Part shown: piece by piece, positions 40,855 through 51,235 of the stretch
How positions within the stretch are numbered: position 1 is the stretch's first letter
Layout of the letters: the number at the start of each line of letters is the position of its first letter
Origin: Rhodospirillaceae bacterium
Lineage (GTDB): Bacteria; Pseudomonadota; Alphaproteobacteria; UBA7985
DNA: 64,000 bases
Direction: 5' to 3'
Assembly: GCA_038141425.1 (NCBI GenBank)
Contig: JAYQIC010000003.1
Coordinates: 151,175-215,174, forward strand
Program-made: the position numbers and the translations under genes
Notes under the pieces: model-generated
Told to the model about the DNA's origin: nothing
Database searches by the model: none
Seen by the model: only the letters and a program-made list of their open reading frames with translations

Positions 40855-41666
40855 GTTTCGTTGTTGCCAGCGACCTGACCCGTACCTTTGACCTGTCCGA
40901 CCCGTGGATCGTGCGGGCGCTGACCCTGCGCCCCAAGCGGATCCTCAAGGCCGTCGACGCCGTGAACTTCCAGATCGAGCGCGGTTCCACCTACGCGCTG
41001 GTCGGCGAGTCCGGTTCTGGCAAGTCTACGATCGCCAACATGGTTGTCGGCCTGCTGCAGCCCTCGTCAGGGTCGATCACCATCGATGGCCGCAACCTCG
41101 CTGACGCCTCGCTCAATCGCCGGGAGCAGCAGGCCCAGCGACGCCGCATCCAGATGGTGTTCCAGAGCCCCTACGCCAGCCTCAACCCGCGCTGGAAAGT
41201 CGGCGATATCCTTGGCGAGCCGATCCGGGCCTTCGGTCTGATCGACGGCGCTAAGGCACAGCAGACGCGCATCGCCGAACTGCTGGAGCAGGTCGGGCTG
41301 AGCGCCAGCGACGCCAGCAAGTATCCGCACGAGTTCTCCGGGGGCCAGCGCCAGCGGATTTCCATCGCCCGCGCCCTTTCCAGCCAGCCGGAGGTGATCA
41401 TCTGCGATGAGCCGACTTCGGCGCTGGACGTGTCGGTGCAGGCGCAGGTGCTGAACCTGCTCAAGGCACTGCAGAAGGATTTCGGTCTGACCTATCTATT
41501 CATCACTCACGATCTGGCGGTGGTTTCGACCATGGCCAACCGGATCGGGGTTCTGAATCAGGGGGTGCTGGTCGAGGAGCAGGATACGGCCGACCTGTTT
41601 TCCAAGCCGCAGCAGGACTACACCAAGATGCTGCTTTCCGCCGCGCCGAAAATCGAGTTTTCTTAA
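40851..41666 (+). CDS. ABC transporter ATP-binding protein (DppF/OppF type)
   Basis: The ATG at 40851 overlaps the previous stop (ATGA). Walker A GESGSGKST, signature FSGGQRQRISIARA, Walker B ICDEPTSALD. Confidence 0.9.
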   Translation: MSFVVASDLTRTFDLSDPWIVRALTLRPKRILKAVDAVNFQIERGSTYALVGESGSGKSTIANMVVGLLQPSSGSITIDGRNLADASLNRREQQAQRRRIQMVFQSPYASLNPRWKVGDILGEPIRAFGLIDGAKAQQTRIAELLEQVGLSASDASKYPHEFSGGQRQRISIARALSSQPEVIICDEPTSALDVSVQAQVLNLLKALQKDFGLTYLFITHDLAVVSTMANRIGVLNQGVLVEEQDTADLFSKPQQDYTKMLLSAAPKIEFS

Positions 41667-41699
41667 GCCGTAAGCCGCTTCGCAGGAGACCAGAGCGCC

Positions 41700-43372
41700 A
41701 TGCAGTCGGGTGGTGAAATCCTTGTACGCAGCCTGATCAATCTCGGCGCCCGGACCTCGTTCGGGGTTCCGGGGGAATCCTACCTGCCGGTGCTCGATGC
41801 CCTGCACGACACGGCGGGACAGCTGGACTTCGTGTTGTGCCGGAACGAGGGCGGGGCCGCTTATATGGCGGCGGCCTACGGCAAGCTCACCGCGACGCCC
41901 GGCCTGTGCTGGGTCACGCGCGGGCCGGGGGCGACCAACGCCTCGATCGGCCTGCACACCGCGATGCAGGACAGCGCACCGTTGATCCTGTTCGTCGGGC
42001 AGGTCGGCACCGATATGCGAGGGCGCGAAGCGTTTCAGGAGCTCGACTACCGAGCGGTCTATGGCTCCATGGTCAAATGGGCGACTGAAATCGACAGCGC
42101 CGATCGTATCCCCGAAATCGTCTCTCGCGCGTGGAAGACAGCAACGACAGGCCGTCCAGGACCGGTGGTGGTGGCGCTGCCCGAAGACGTGCTTTCCGGG
42201 AAAAGCGCAGCAACCCCGCTGTCCGGGCCGATTGCGGTGGAAGAGGCAGCGCCGGGCGCCAGCGCGCTCGACACTCTGCGCGGGCATCTGGAGCAGGCCG
42301 AGCGGCCGCTGATCATGCTTGGCGGTGTCAACTGGCAGGAACCCAGCCAGCGCGCCATGGAGGCCTTTGCCGAAGCGAACGGCATTCCGGTGGTCACGGC
42401 CTTCCGCTATCAGGATTGCTTCGACAATTTTTCGCCGGTGTTCTGTGGCGAGGCGGGGGTCGGCATGCCCGCCCACGTCCAGCGCCTGATCCGCGAGGCG
42501 GATACCATCCTCGCCGTCAATCTGCGTTTGGGGAGATGACCACCCACGCCTACACCCTGCTGGATGTGCCTGAGCCGAGCCAGCGGCTGATCCACGTCCA
42601 TCCGGAGCCCGGGGAGCTGGGGAAGATCTACGCGCCCGAGCTGGCGATACAGGCTGGCCCCAACGCCTTTGCTCAGGCGCTGTCTGCATTGGGACCGCTG
42701 GAACGGAGCGCGGCATCGTCCAGCGCCGCGGCTCATTGGCTGGCCAGGGGACAGGCGGATTTTGCCGCCTTCTTCGCGCCCCCGGCCCAGCCTTCGCCGG
42801 TCGACATGGCGGCGGTGATGGCTTTCTTACGCGAACGCCTGCCCGAGGACGTGGTCCTGACCAATGGTGCAGGGAATTTCACCGTGTGGCCGAACAAATT
42901 CTTCCGCTACGGGCCCAGAGCGCGCTTGCTTGCGCCGCAGTCGGGCGCCATGGGCTACGGCCTGCCCGCGGCCATTGCCGCCAAGGTCGCTGACCAGAAC
43001 CGTTGCGTGGTCTGCTTTGCCGGAGACGGGGATTTCCAGATGAACTGTCAGGAGCTGGCAACAGCGCGGCAGGCGGGGGCGCAGCCGATCGTTCTGGTGC
43101 TCAACAACGGTATTTACGGCACCATCCGCGCGCATCAGGAAACCCACTTCCCCGGCCGGGTCTCCTACACCGACATGGTCAGCCCCGACTTTGCGGCGCT
43201 GGCCCGGGCCTACGGCTTCCACGGTGAACGGGTTGAAAGCACAGCCGACTTCGAGGCTGCCTTTGAGCGTGCCATGGCGTCCGAGACCGGCGCGGTCCTC
43301 GATCTGGTGATCGCCGCCGAGGCCATCGCCCCGGGCAAGACCCTCAGCCAGATCCGCGCGGAAAACAGTTGA
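41700..43372 (+). CDS. Thiamine-diphosphate-dependent enzyme (acetolactate-synthase-like superfamily, specific function unknown), one frame break near 42529 (G run)
   Basis: N-terminal Pyr domain (GVPGESYLPVLDAL, NEGGAAYMA, GPGATNA) and C-terminal PP domain (GDGDFQMNCQELATA...LVLNNGIYG). Confidence 0.8.
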
Positions 43373-43397
43373 TGATGCCAAAGGGGGCATCCTGAGC

Positions 43398-44505
43398 ATG
43401 AAGCTGCCATCGACTATGAAGGCGGTGGTTACCACCGGCAACGGCGGTTTTGACAAGCTGTCCTACCAGGACGTGCCGGTGCCCCGACCCGGCCCGGGCG
43501 AAGCACTGCTGCGGGTGCTCGCCGCCGGGGTCAACAACACCGAAATCAACACCCGGCTGGGCTGGTATTCAGCCGAGGTGTCCACGGCGACCTCCAGCGT
43601 GTCGGACAGCGCTGCCAAAGCTGATACCGGGGACGAGCCGGGCAGAGACAAGGAAGATGGGGGCTGGGCGGGCAAGACACCCTTCCCACTGATTCAGGGC
43701 ACGGACTGTTGCGGCGAGGTTGTTGAGCTGGGGCAGGGTGCTGACCCGGGTTTGCTGGGCCGGCGGGCGCTGATCCGTGCCAACATGCGACGGGAGGGTT
43801 TTGATAGCCTTGAGTGCGACTGGATGGCCTCCGACTTCGACGGCGCCTTCGCACAGTTTGTCAAAGTGCCGGCCTCGGAAGTGTTTCCGGTCGACTGTGA
43901 CTGGTCTGACGCGGAACTGGCAACCATCCCCTGTGCCTACGCCACGGCTGAAACCATGCTCCACCGGGGCGGGGTCGAGGCGGGCGAGCACGTGCTGGTC
44001 ATCGGCGCATCCGGCGGGGTTGGGTCGGCGGCGGTACAGCTGGCGCTGGCGCGCGGGGCTGCAGTCACGGCGGTCACCAGCGCCGACAAGCGGGATCGCG
44101 TCGCCGACCTTGGCGATATCCGGGTGATCGACCGTCGCCGCGATCTGGTTGCTGAGCTGGGAGAGTTCAGCGTCGATGCCGGTGGTCGATAACGTCGCAG
44201 GCGAGGGCTTTCCGGCCATGCTCAAGCTGCTGCGGCGCGGTGGGCGCCTGATGAGCTCCGGCGCCATTGCCGGACCGATCGTCGATCTTGATATGCGCGA
44301 CCTGTACCTCAAAGACCTGCAGCTGATCGGCACCACAGCCTGGGATGAGCCGGTGTTCCCACGCCTGATATCATTGATTGAAACCGGTCAGATCCGGCCG
44401 CTGCTCGACCGGACTTTCGCGCTCGAAGACATTGTTGAGGCGCAACGGGCGTTTCTGGAGAAAACCCACGTCGGCAACTTTGTCCTGATCCCGCCGCCGC
44501 TCTGA
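43398..44505 (+). CDS. Zinc-type alcohol dehydrogenase / quinone oxidoreductase (MDR superfamily), one frame break near 44178
   Basis: MKAVV start, GVNNTEIN, nucleotide-binding VLVIGASGGVGSAAVQLA. The C-terminus is recovered from ORF 44149-44505. Confidence 0.8.
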
Positions 44506-44645
44506 GCGCCGAAAGCCCGCTGCGCCGGGCCTTTGGACGTCGCTCGGCTGTCGGAAACGCCAAAGTGGGCCGTGGCTGCCGACGCTAATTCCGGATCTCA
44601 TAGAGGGCGTCGTCCGAACCGACGCTGCAAGCAGGAGCCCGCACC

Positions 44646-47093
44646 ATGCCAGAGGTCATCAAGGAAGCCACCAGCACCGGAAAGAAGCTGCCCACCCACG
44701 CCAAGGTCGTAATTATCGGCGGCGGTGTCGTGGGGTGTTCGATCCTGTTCCACCTAGCCAAATTCGGCTGGAAGGACGCCGTCCTGCTCGAGCGTGACGA
44801 GCTGACCTCCGGGTCGTCGTGGCACGCGGCGGGTCAGATCCACACCATCAGCTCGGACCCCAACATCTCGCGCCTGCAGAGCTATACCATCGGTCTTTAC
44901 AAGGAGATCGAGGAGCTTTCCGGACAGTCGGTCGGTCTGCATATGACCGGCGGGTTCTATCTGGCGTCCAACAAGACCTGGTACGACTACCTCAAGCGCG
45001 AGCGGTCCAAGGCGCGCTACATGGGGCTGCAGCAGGAGTTTATCTCCTTGCAGGAAGTCGCCGAGCGCCACCCGCTGATCGATCCCAAGCACTATCTGGC
45101 CGCCCTGTGGGATGATCAGGACGGAGATCTTGACCCCTCCGGGACCACGTACGCCTTCGCCAAGGCGGCCCGGCACTATGGCGCACAATACTTTACCCAC
45201 ACCCCGGCGACCGAAACCACTCAGCGCGCCGATGGCACCTGGGACGTCACCACGCCCCACGGCACCATCAATGCCGAATACATCGTAAACTGTGGCGGGC
45301 TGTGGGCGCGCGAGGTCGGCCATATGTCGGGGTTGAACTTCCCCGTCCAGCCTATGGAGCATCACTACCTGCTGACCGAGGGCATCGACGAGATCGTCAA
45401 CCATCCGACCCGCTTGCCCTGCGGCATCGACTACGAGGCCAATCTCTACTTCCGTCAGGAGCGCGACGGCATGCTGCTGGGCACCTACGAGCCGGTCGGT
45501 GTGCCGTGGAAGGTCGAGGGAACGCCCTGGGACTTCGGTCACGAACTGCTCAACCCCAACCTCGAACACATCGCCGACCGGCTGGAACTTGGCTTCGAGC
45601 GCATTCCGGCGCTGGCCAACGCCGGCATCCGGCAGGCGGTCAATGGTCCCTTCACCTTCGGCCCTGACGGCAACCCCATGATCGGGCCGGTCCCCGGCAT
45701 GCACAACTACTGGTGCGCCGTGGGGGTTATGGCCGGCTTCTGCCAAGGCGGGGGCGTTGGCCTGACCATGGCCGAGTGGATGATTGACGGCGAGCCTTCG
45801 ATCGATGTCTGGGCCATGGATGTGGCGCGCTTTGGCAGCTGGGCTTCGCCTGACTGGGGCACGGTCAAGTCCACCGAGAACTACGAGCGCCGCTTTGTCA
45901 TGACCTTCCCCAACGAAACCCTGCCCAAAGGGACGGCGGCAGCAGACCACGGCGCTCTATGACCGGCTGGTCGCGCGCGGTGCACGCATGGGGCAGTCGT
46001 TTGGCCTCGAGCACGCGCTGTGGTTCGCGGACAGTCCTGAAGACGCGTGGGAAGACCCGACCTTCGAGCGTAACCGCAGCCACGATTACGTCGCCCGCGA
46101 GTGTGAGACGGTGCGCAACGGTGTTGGCGGTATCGAGCTTGCCAACTTCGCCAAGCACAGCATCACCGGCCCCGGCGCGCGGGACTGGCTCAACCGCACC
46201 ATGGCGGGGCACGTCCCCAAGCCCGGCCGGCTGACGCTGACGCCCATGCTGACCGAGAAGGGCCGTCTTTACGGTGACTTGACCGTGGCCTGCCTTGGCG
46301 ATGAGGACTTCATGCTGTTCGGCTCCGGCGCCATGCAGGACGCCCACAGCCGGTTTTTCGCGCGCACGCTGCCCGACACCGTCCGGCACCAGAATGAGAC
46401 CGGCGGTTGGCACGGGATTGGCCTTGCCGGGCCGCAGTCGCGCGGGCTGCTGCAGCGGATCACCCGGCTTGATGTCTCTGCCGACGCGCTCAAGTTCCGC
46501 GATACCCGCCGGACGTTCGTCGGCGGCGTGCCAGTGATCCTGAACCGGCTGAGCTTCTCCGGTGAGCTGGGCTTTGAGATCTACTGCCGCCCGCAATTCC
46601 TGCTGCTGCTCTCCGAGGCTATCGAGGAAGCCGGGGCCGACCTCGATTATCGCTGGTACGGTGCCCGCACGCTCATGTCGCTGCGGCTGGAAAAGGGCTG
46701 GGGGGCCTGGGGCCTCGAATTCCGCCCGGATTTCAACGCGGTGGAATCCGGCATGGACGTGTTCATCAACTGGAACAAGGACTTCGTGGGCAAGGAAGCC
46801 ACAGCCCGTTTCCGGGACGAGGGCGTGGACCGCAAGCTCGTCACCCTGACCGTCGACACCCCGATGGACGTAACGCTGGACGAAGCCGTGCTGGTCAACG
46901 ATGCAGCGGTCGGCTACATCACATCGGGGGCTATGCGCACCACGTGGGCAAGTCCATGGCCATGGCCTATGTCGCTGGCGAACACGCGGCGGCGGGAACG
47001 GTGGTCAACGTCGAGATCATGGGTGAGAGGTACCCTGCTGAAGTGCAGGGTGCGCCGCTCTACGACCCCAACGGGGGCCGGATGCGCAGCTGA
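44646..47093 (+). CDS. Dimethylglycine/sarcosine-dehydrogenase-like enzyme (FAD-dependent DAO domain fused to a GcvT-type folate-binding aminomethyltransferase domain), frame broken near 45935 and near 46928
   Basis: N-terminal VVIIGGGVVGCSILFHLA dinucleotide fold. C-terminal GcvT-like motifs (LSFSGELGFEIY, RLEKGW). ~815 aa once joined; TGA at 47091-47093. Confidence 0.8.
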
Positions 47094-47150
47094 CGGCCGG
47101 GACAGGCAAGGCCTTCCCGCGCGCTGTTTTGATGAGGGAGGGCTTGGCCC

Positions 47151-49286
47151 ATGGACGTCCGCCTTGGCGTCGATATCGGTGGCACTTTCACCGACGTGGT
47201 GCTGGAAACACCTGCTGGCCTGACCTCGACCAAGGTGCTGACCACCTACGCCGCGCCTGAAGACGCGATTATCGAGGGCATGAACCGGGTCTGCGCGCAG
47301 GCCGGTGTCCAAACCGAGGCGATTGAGCAGATCATCCACGGCACCACGCTCGCCACCAACGCCCTGATCGAGCGGCGCGGCGCCCGCACGGCGCTGATCA
47401 CCACCGAAGGCTTTCGCGACGTGATCGAAATGCGGACCGAGAGCCGCTTCGAACAATACGACCTCAACCTGCGCCTTCCCGACCCGTTGCTGCCCCGCAA
47501 CCAGCGCCTGACCCTGCGCGAGCGGGTCGATGCCGGCGGGGAGGTGCTGATGCCGCTAGACCCTGCCGATATCAAGGCGATTGCGGACCAGATTGAAGAA
47601 GCCGGATACGAGAGCGTCGCCATCGGCCTGCTGCACAGCTACCTCAACGACAGCCACGAGCGACAGATCGCCGAGGTGCTGGCCCGGCGCCTGCCACAGG
47701 TGACGCTGTCGCTGTCCAGCGAGGTCTCGCCCCAGATGCGGGAATATGAGCGCTTCAACACCACAATTGCCAACGCCTACATCAAGCCGCTGATGAAGTC
47801 CTATCTGGGGCGCCTTGAAGGGCGCCTGGCCGAACAAGGTGTGGCCTGCCCGATCTTCCTGATGCACTCGGGCGGGGGTATCATCAGCCTTGAGAGCGCG
47901 GCTGAATTCCCGGTTCGGCTGGTCGAGAGCGGGCCCGCAGGTGGGGCGGTGTTTGCGGCGCACATCGGCGGACGCCACGGCCTCGACCGGGTGCTGTCCT
48001 TCGACATGGGCGGGACAACGGCGAAAATCTGCCTGATCAAGAACCAGACGCCCAAAACCGCCCGGGTGTTCGAAGTCGCCCGCACCTATCGCTTCAAGAA
48101 GGGCTCGGGCATGCCGATTTCGATCCCGGTGATCGATATGGTCGAGATCGGCGCCGGTGGTGGCTCGCTGGCCCACGTCGACGCGCTGCAGCAGATCCGG
48201 GTTGGGCCTGAGTCGGCGGGATCAGAGCCGGGACCAGCCTGCTACGGCCGGGGCGGTACCCGCCCAGCGGTCACGGATGCCGATCTGGTGCAGGGCAAAC
48301 TGGACCCCAACAATTTTGCAGCTGGTTCGATCCGGCTGGATGAAGCCGCCTCCAAGGCGGCGCTGGAGAGCGAACTGGGCGCACCGCTCGGGCTGGATGC
48401 GCTGGAGGCGGCCTTTGGCCTGACCGAGGTTGTTGACGAGAACATGTCCAATGCCGCCCGCGTCCACGCGGTGGAGAATGGCGAGGACCTCAGCGACTAC
48501 ACCATGATTGCCTTCGGCGGGGCCGCACCGCTGCACGCCGCCCGCCTGTCGGAAAAGCTGGGTATCCGCCGCTGTCTGATCCCGCCCGGTGCAGGGGTCG
48601 GCTCGGCCATCGGCTTTCTGCGGGCGCCTTTCAGCTTCGAGGCAACCCGCAGCGTCTACGTCGAGTTTTCCGCCTTCGACGCCGCGCTTGTGGCGGAGAC
48701 GCTGGCCGAACTGCGTACCGAGGCGACCGACTTTGTCCGTTCTTGCGACGCCAACGCGCCGATTGAGGCCGAGTACAAGGTCTACATGCGCTATCGGGGG
48801 CAGGGCTGGGAGATCCCCGTGATCCTGACGGCACAGCAGGCCGCCAAGCCTGATATGGAAACCTTAAAGGCGCTGTTCGAAGCCGACTACACCACCCTTT
48901 TTGGCCGAACGGTTGCGGGACTGGAGATCGAAGCCACCGTGTGGGCGGTCAATGCCAGCACGCCGACCCCGCCGGTGGAACCCCTGCCACCCTTGACTGA
49001 GACTGCCGGATCGACGACGGGCCCCGCCGGAGCGGGTGCAACGCGCGATATTTTCGACGCGGCGCTGGGACAGACCGTGCGTGCTGCCGTGGTGCCACGG
49101 GAAGCGCTGGCCATCGGGGAGCATCTCGCCGGGCCTGCCGCCATCTACGAGGACGAGACAACCGTGATTGTCCCCACCAGCCGCAGCGCAAGGATCCAGC
49201 CCGACGGCTGCATCGACCTGACGGCAGAAGAGGGGGCTGAGCCATGGCATCGACTGTTTCTAAGCAGGTTATGTGGAACCGTCTGA
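47151..49286 (+). CDS. Hydantoinase/oxoprolinase family, A (HyuA-like) subunit. The true stop may be about 49237-49239 if one G is missing from the run at ~49230
   Basis: MDVRLGVDIGGTFTDVVL N-terminus and Hydantoinase_A motifs (LSFDMGGTTAKI). The 43-nt overlap with the next gene would disappear with a 1-nt correction. Confidence 0.85.
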   Translation: MDVRLGVDIGGTFTDVVLETPAGLTSTKVLTTYAAPEDAIIEGMNRVCAQAGVQTEAIEQIIHGTTLATNALIERRGARTALITTEGFRDVIEMRTESRFEQYDLNLRLPDPLLPRNQRLTLRERVDAGGEVLMPLDPADIKAIADQIEEAGYESVAIGLLHSYLNDSHERQIAEVLARRLPQVTLSLSSEVSPQMREYERFNTTIANAYIKPLMKSYLGRLEGRLAEQGVACPIFLMHSGGGIISLESAAEFPVRLVESGPAGGAVFAAHIGGRHGLDRVLSFDMGGTTAKICLIKNQTPKTARVFEVARTYRFKKGSGMPISIPVIDMVEIGAGGGSLAHVDALQQIRVGPESAGSEPGPACYGRGGTRPAVTDADLVQGKLDPNNFAAGSIRLDEAASKAALESELGAPLGLDALEAAFGLTEVVDENMSNAARVHAVENGEDLSDYTMIAFGGAAPLHAARLSEKLGIRRCLIPPGAGVGSAIGFLRAPFSFEATRSVYVEFSAFDAALVAETLAELRTEATDFVRSCDANAPIEAEYKVYMRYRGQGWEIPVILTAQQAAKPDMETLKALFEADYTTLFGRTVAGLEIEATVWAVNASTPTPPVEPLPPLTETAGSTTGPAGAGATRDIFDAALGQTVRAAVVPREALAIGEHLAGPAAIYEDETTVIVPTSRSARIQPDGCIDLTAEEGAEPWHRLFLSRLCGTV

Positions 49287-50947
49287 TCTCTGTTGTCGAG
49301 GAGCAGGCGCAGGCGCTGGTGCGGACCGCTTTCTCAACGTCGGTCCGAGAGGCCGGGGATCTCTCCGCCGGGGTCTATGACGCGCAGGGGCGGATGCTGG
49401 CCCAGGCAGTGACCGGCACGCCCGGGCACGTCAACGCCATGGCCGATGCCGTTCCCCACTTCATGCGCCGGATCGGCGTTGAGACCATGGCCGAGGGTGA
49501 TGTCTACATCACCAATGATCCGTGGGAGGGGACCGGGCACCTGCACGACATCACGGTCGTTACGCCGTCGTTCAAGGCCGGGGTGCTGGTGGGCTTTTTC
49601 GCCTGCACCGCCCACATTGTAGATATAGGCGGGCGTGGCTTCGGGGCTGATGCCAACTCGGTCTATGAGGAAGGCCTCTATATCCCGATCATGCGGCTGA
49701 TGGATCGCGGCTCGGTGGATCAGACGCTGCTGCGCATCATCCGGGGAAACGTTCGCGAGCCCGATCAGCTGGTCGGGGATGTCTACGCGCTGGCGACCTG
49801 CAACGAGATTGGTCACCGCCGCCTGACTGAGATGATGGACGAGTTCGACCTCGCCGACCTCGAAGAAATAGCGGCCTTCATCCTCGATAACTCGCGTCGC
49901 GCGACGCAGGAAAAGATCAACGCACTCCAGCCGGGGCAGGCAGCCGGAGAGATGTGGATCGACGGCTACAGCAACCCGGTCCGGTTGGCCGTTTCTGTCA
50001 ACATTGAGAACGACCGCATCTGCGCTGATTTTGCCGGGACGTCAGGCCTTGACCCCAAGGGCATCAACGTGCCGATGGTCTATACCAAGGCCTACGCCTG
50101 CTACGCGCTCAAGTGTGCCATTGCGCCGGAGATCCCCAACAACGCGGCCTCGCTCGCGCCGTTCGAGATCACCGCGCCGCAGGATAGCATCGTTAACGCC
50201 GTACACCCGGCACCGGTGGCGCTACGGCATGTCATCGGACACATGATCCCCGATACGGTTTACGAGGCGCTGGACCAGCTCCTGCCGCGCACGGTGCCAG
50301 CGCAGGGTGCCGGGACGCTCTGCAACTTTCAGGTCTCGCTGCGGCCTAGGACGGATGCTCCGGCGCCTGCCCACGCCCGCCGGTCAGAGGTGCTGACCTT
50401 CAACTCCGGCGGGGCCGGCGCCCGCCCGGGTGTCGACGGCCTCAACGCGACGGCCTTCCCCAGTGGGGTGATGACCATGCCGGTCGAGGCGACTGAGCAC
50501 GCCGGACCGGTCATTATCTGGCGTAAGGAGCTGAGGCCAGACAGCGGCGGTGCCGGTGCCTTTCGTGGCGGTGTCGGGCAGTACATGGAAGTCGGCGCTC
50601 GCGAAGGGCACGAGTTCGACTTCTCGGCCATGTTCGACCGCGTCGACCATCCGGCGCTGGGCCGGGCAGGGGGCGGCAGCGGGGCACCGACCACGCTGAC
50701 CCGCAGTGACGGCACCACCATGCGCGGCAAGGGTAAGCAGTTTGTGCCCCACGGTCAGCGCGTGGCAATGGCCTTCCCCGGCGGTGGCGGTTACGGGCTG
50801 GCCAGCGAGCGCGATCGGGCGCTGGTCAGGGAAGACCTCGCCCAGGGCTACATCAGTGAAGCCTCGGCCCGGGACGTCTTCGGATTGAGCGAAGACGACA
50901 TCGCCGACGCGATCGAGGCCGGACGTCTGGGGCGCTCGGTTAAATGA
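49244..50947 (+). CDS. Hydantoinase/oxoprolinase family, B (HyuB-like) subunit
   Basis: Intact 567-aa ORF with Hydantoinase_B features (ITNDPWEGTGHLHD, GGAGAFRGGVG). Confidence 0.9.
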   Translation: MASTVSKQVMWNRLISVVEEQAQALVRTAFSTSVREAGDLSAGVYDAQGRMLAQAVTGTPGHVNAMADAVPHFMRRIGVETMAEGDVYITNDPWEGTGHLHDITVVTPSFKAGVLVGFFACTAHIVDIGGRGFGADANSVYEEGLYIPIMRLMDRGSVDQTLLRIIRGNVREPDQLVGDVYALATCNEIGHRRLTEMMDEFDLADLEEIAAFILDNSRRATQEKINALQPGQAAGEMWIDGYSNPVRLAVSVNIENDRICADFAGTSGLDPKGINVPMVYTKAYACYALKCAIAPEIPNNAASLAPFEITAPQDSIVNAVHPAPVALRHVIGHMIPDTVYEALDQLLPRTVPAQGAGTLCNFQVSLRPRTDAPAPAHARRSEVLTFNSGGAGARPGVDGLNATAFPSGVMTMPVEATEHAGPVIIWRKELRPDSGGAGAFRGGVGQYMEVGAREGHEFDFSAMFDRVDHPALGRAGGGSGAPTTLTRSDGTTMRGKGKQFVPHGQRVAMAFPGGGGYGLASERDRALVREDLAQGYISEASARDVFGLSEDDIADAIEAGRLGRSVK

Positions 50948-51135
50948 CCCGAAAGCGGCGCTGATAAAGGGGCTGAACCCCTGCGCACTGCATAGCCTTG
51001 GCCTATGTTGGCATTCAAAAATTCGATTTTACTGAAGGAGCACTCACCGGCAATCTGTCGGGATCGTGAAAGCGGTTGGAGATGCCCGTCTTCTGAGGGG
51101 GCATTTGCAAGCCCTTACATTAGGAATTCGTGACC

Positions 51136-51161
51136 TATTTTGTTGACACCTCAACAAAATA
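51136..51161. promoter_or_regulatory. Perfect 11-bp inverted repeat with 4-bp spacer overlapping a TTGACA -35-like hexamer, upstream of the TRAP operon
   Basis: TATTTTGTTGA-CACC-TCAACAAAATA. TTGACA lies at 51143-51148, in an AT-rich intergenic region. Confidence 0.5.
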
Positions 51162-51235
51162 TGGACAAGTTTTGGCAGTGTCAGATCGGGTGTTTTGCCC
51201 CGGTTTGTCGAGCTCTGAGTCTATGGGAGGCTGAT

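Noticed and set aside
50968-50982. Hairpin AGGGG-CTGAA-CCCCT after the HyuB gene, considered as a terminator.
   Set aside because: The stem is only 5 bp and there is no U-tract. This is not enough to call a terminator.
51005-51133. 42-codon ORF (MLAFKNSILLKEH...) in the AT-rich gap upstream of the TRAP operon, with a nearby hairpin at 51082-51104.
   Set aside because: There is no Shine-Dalgarno in front of the ATG and no recognisable peptide features. AT-rich spacers produce such ORFs by chance. Not supported as a gene.
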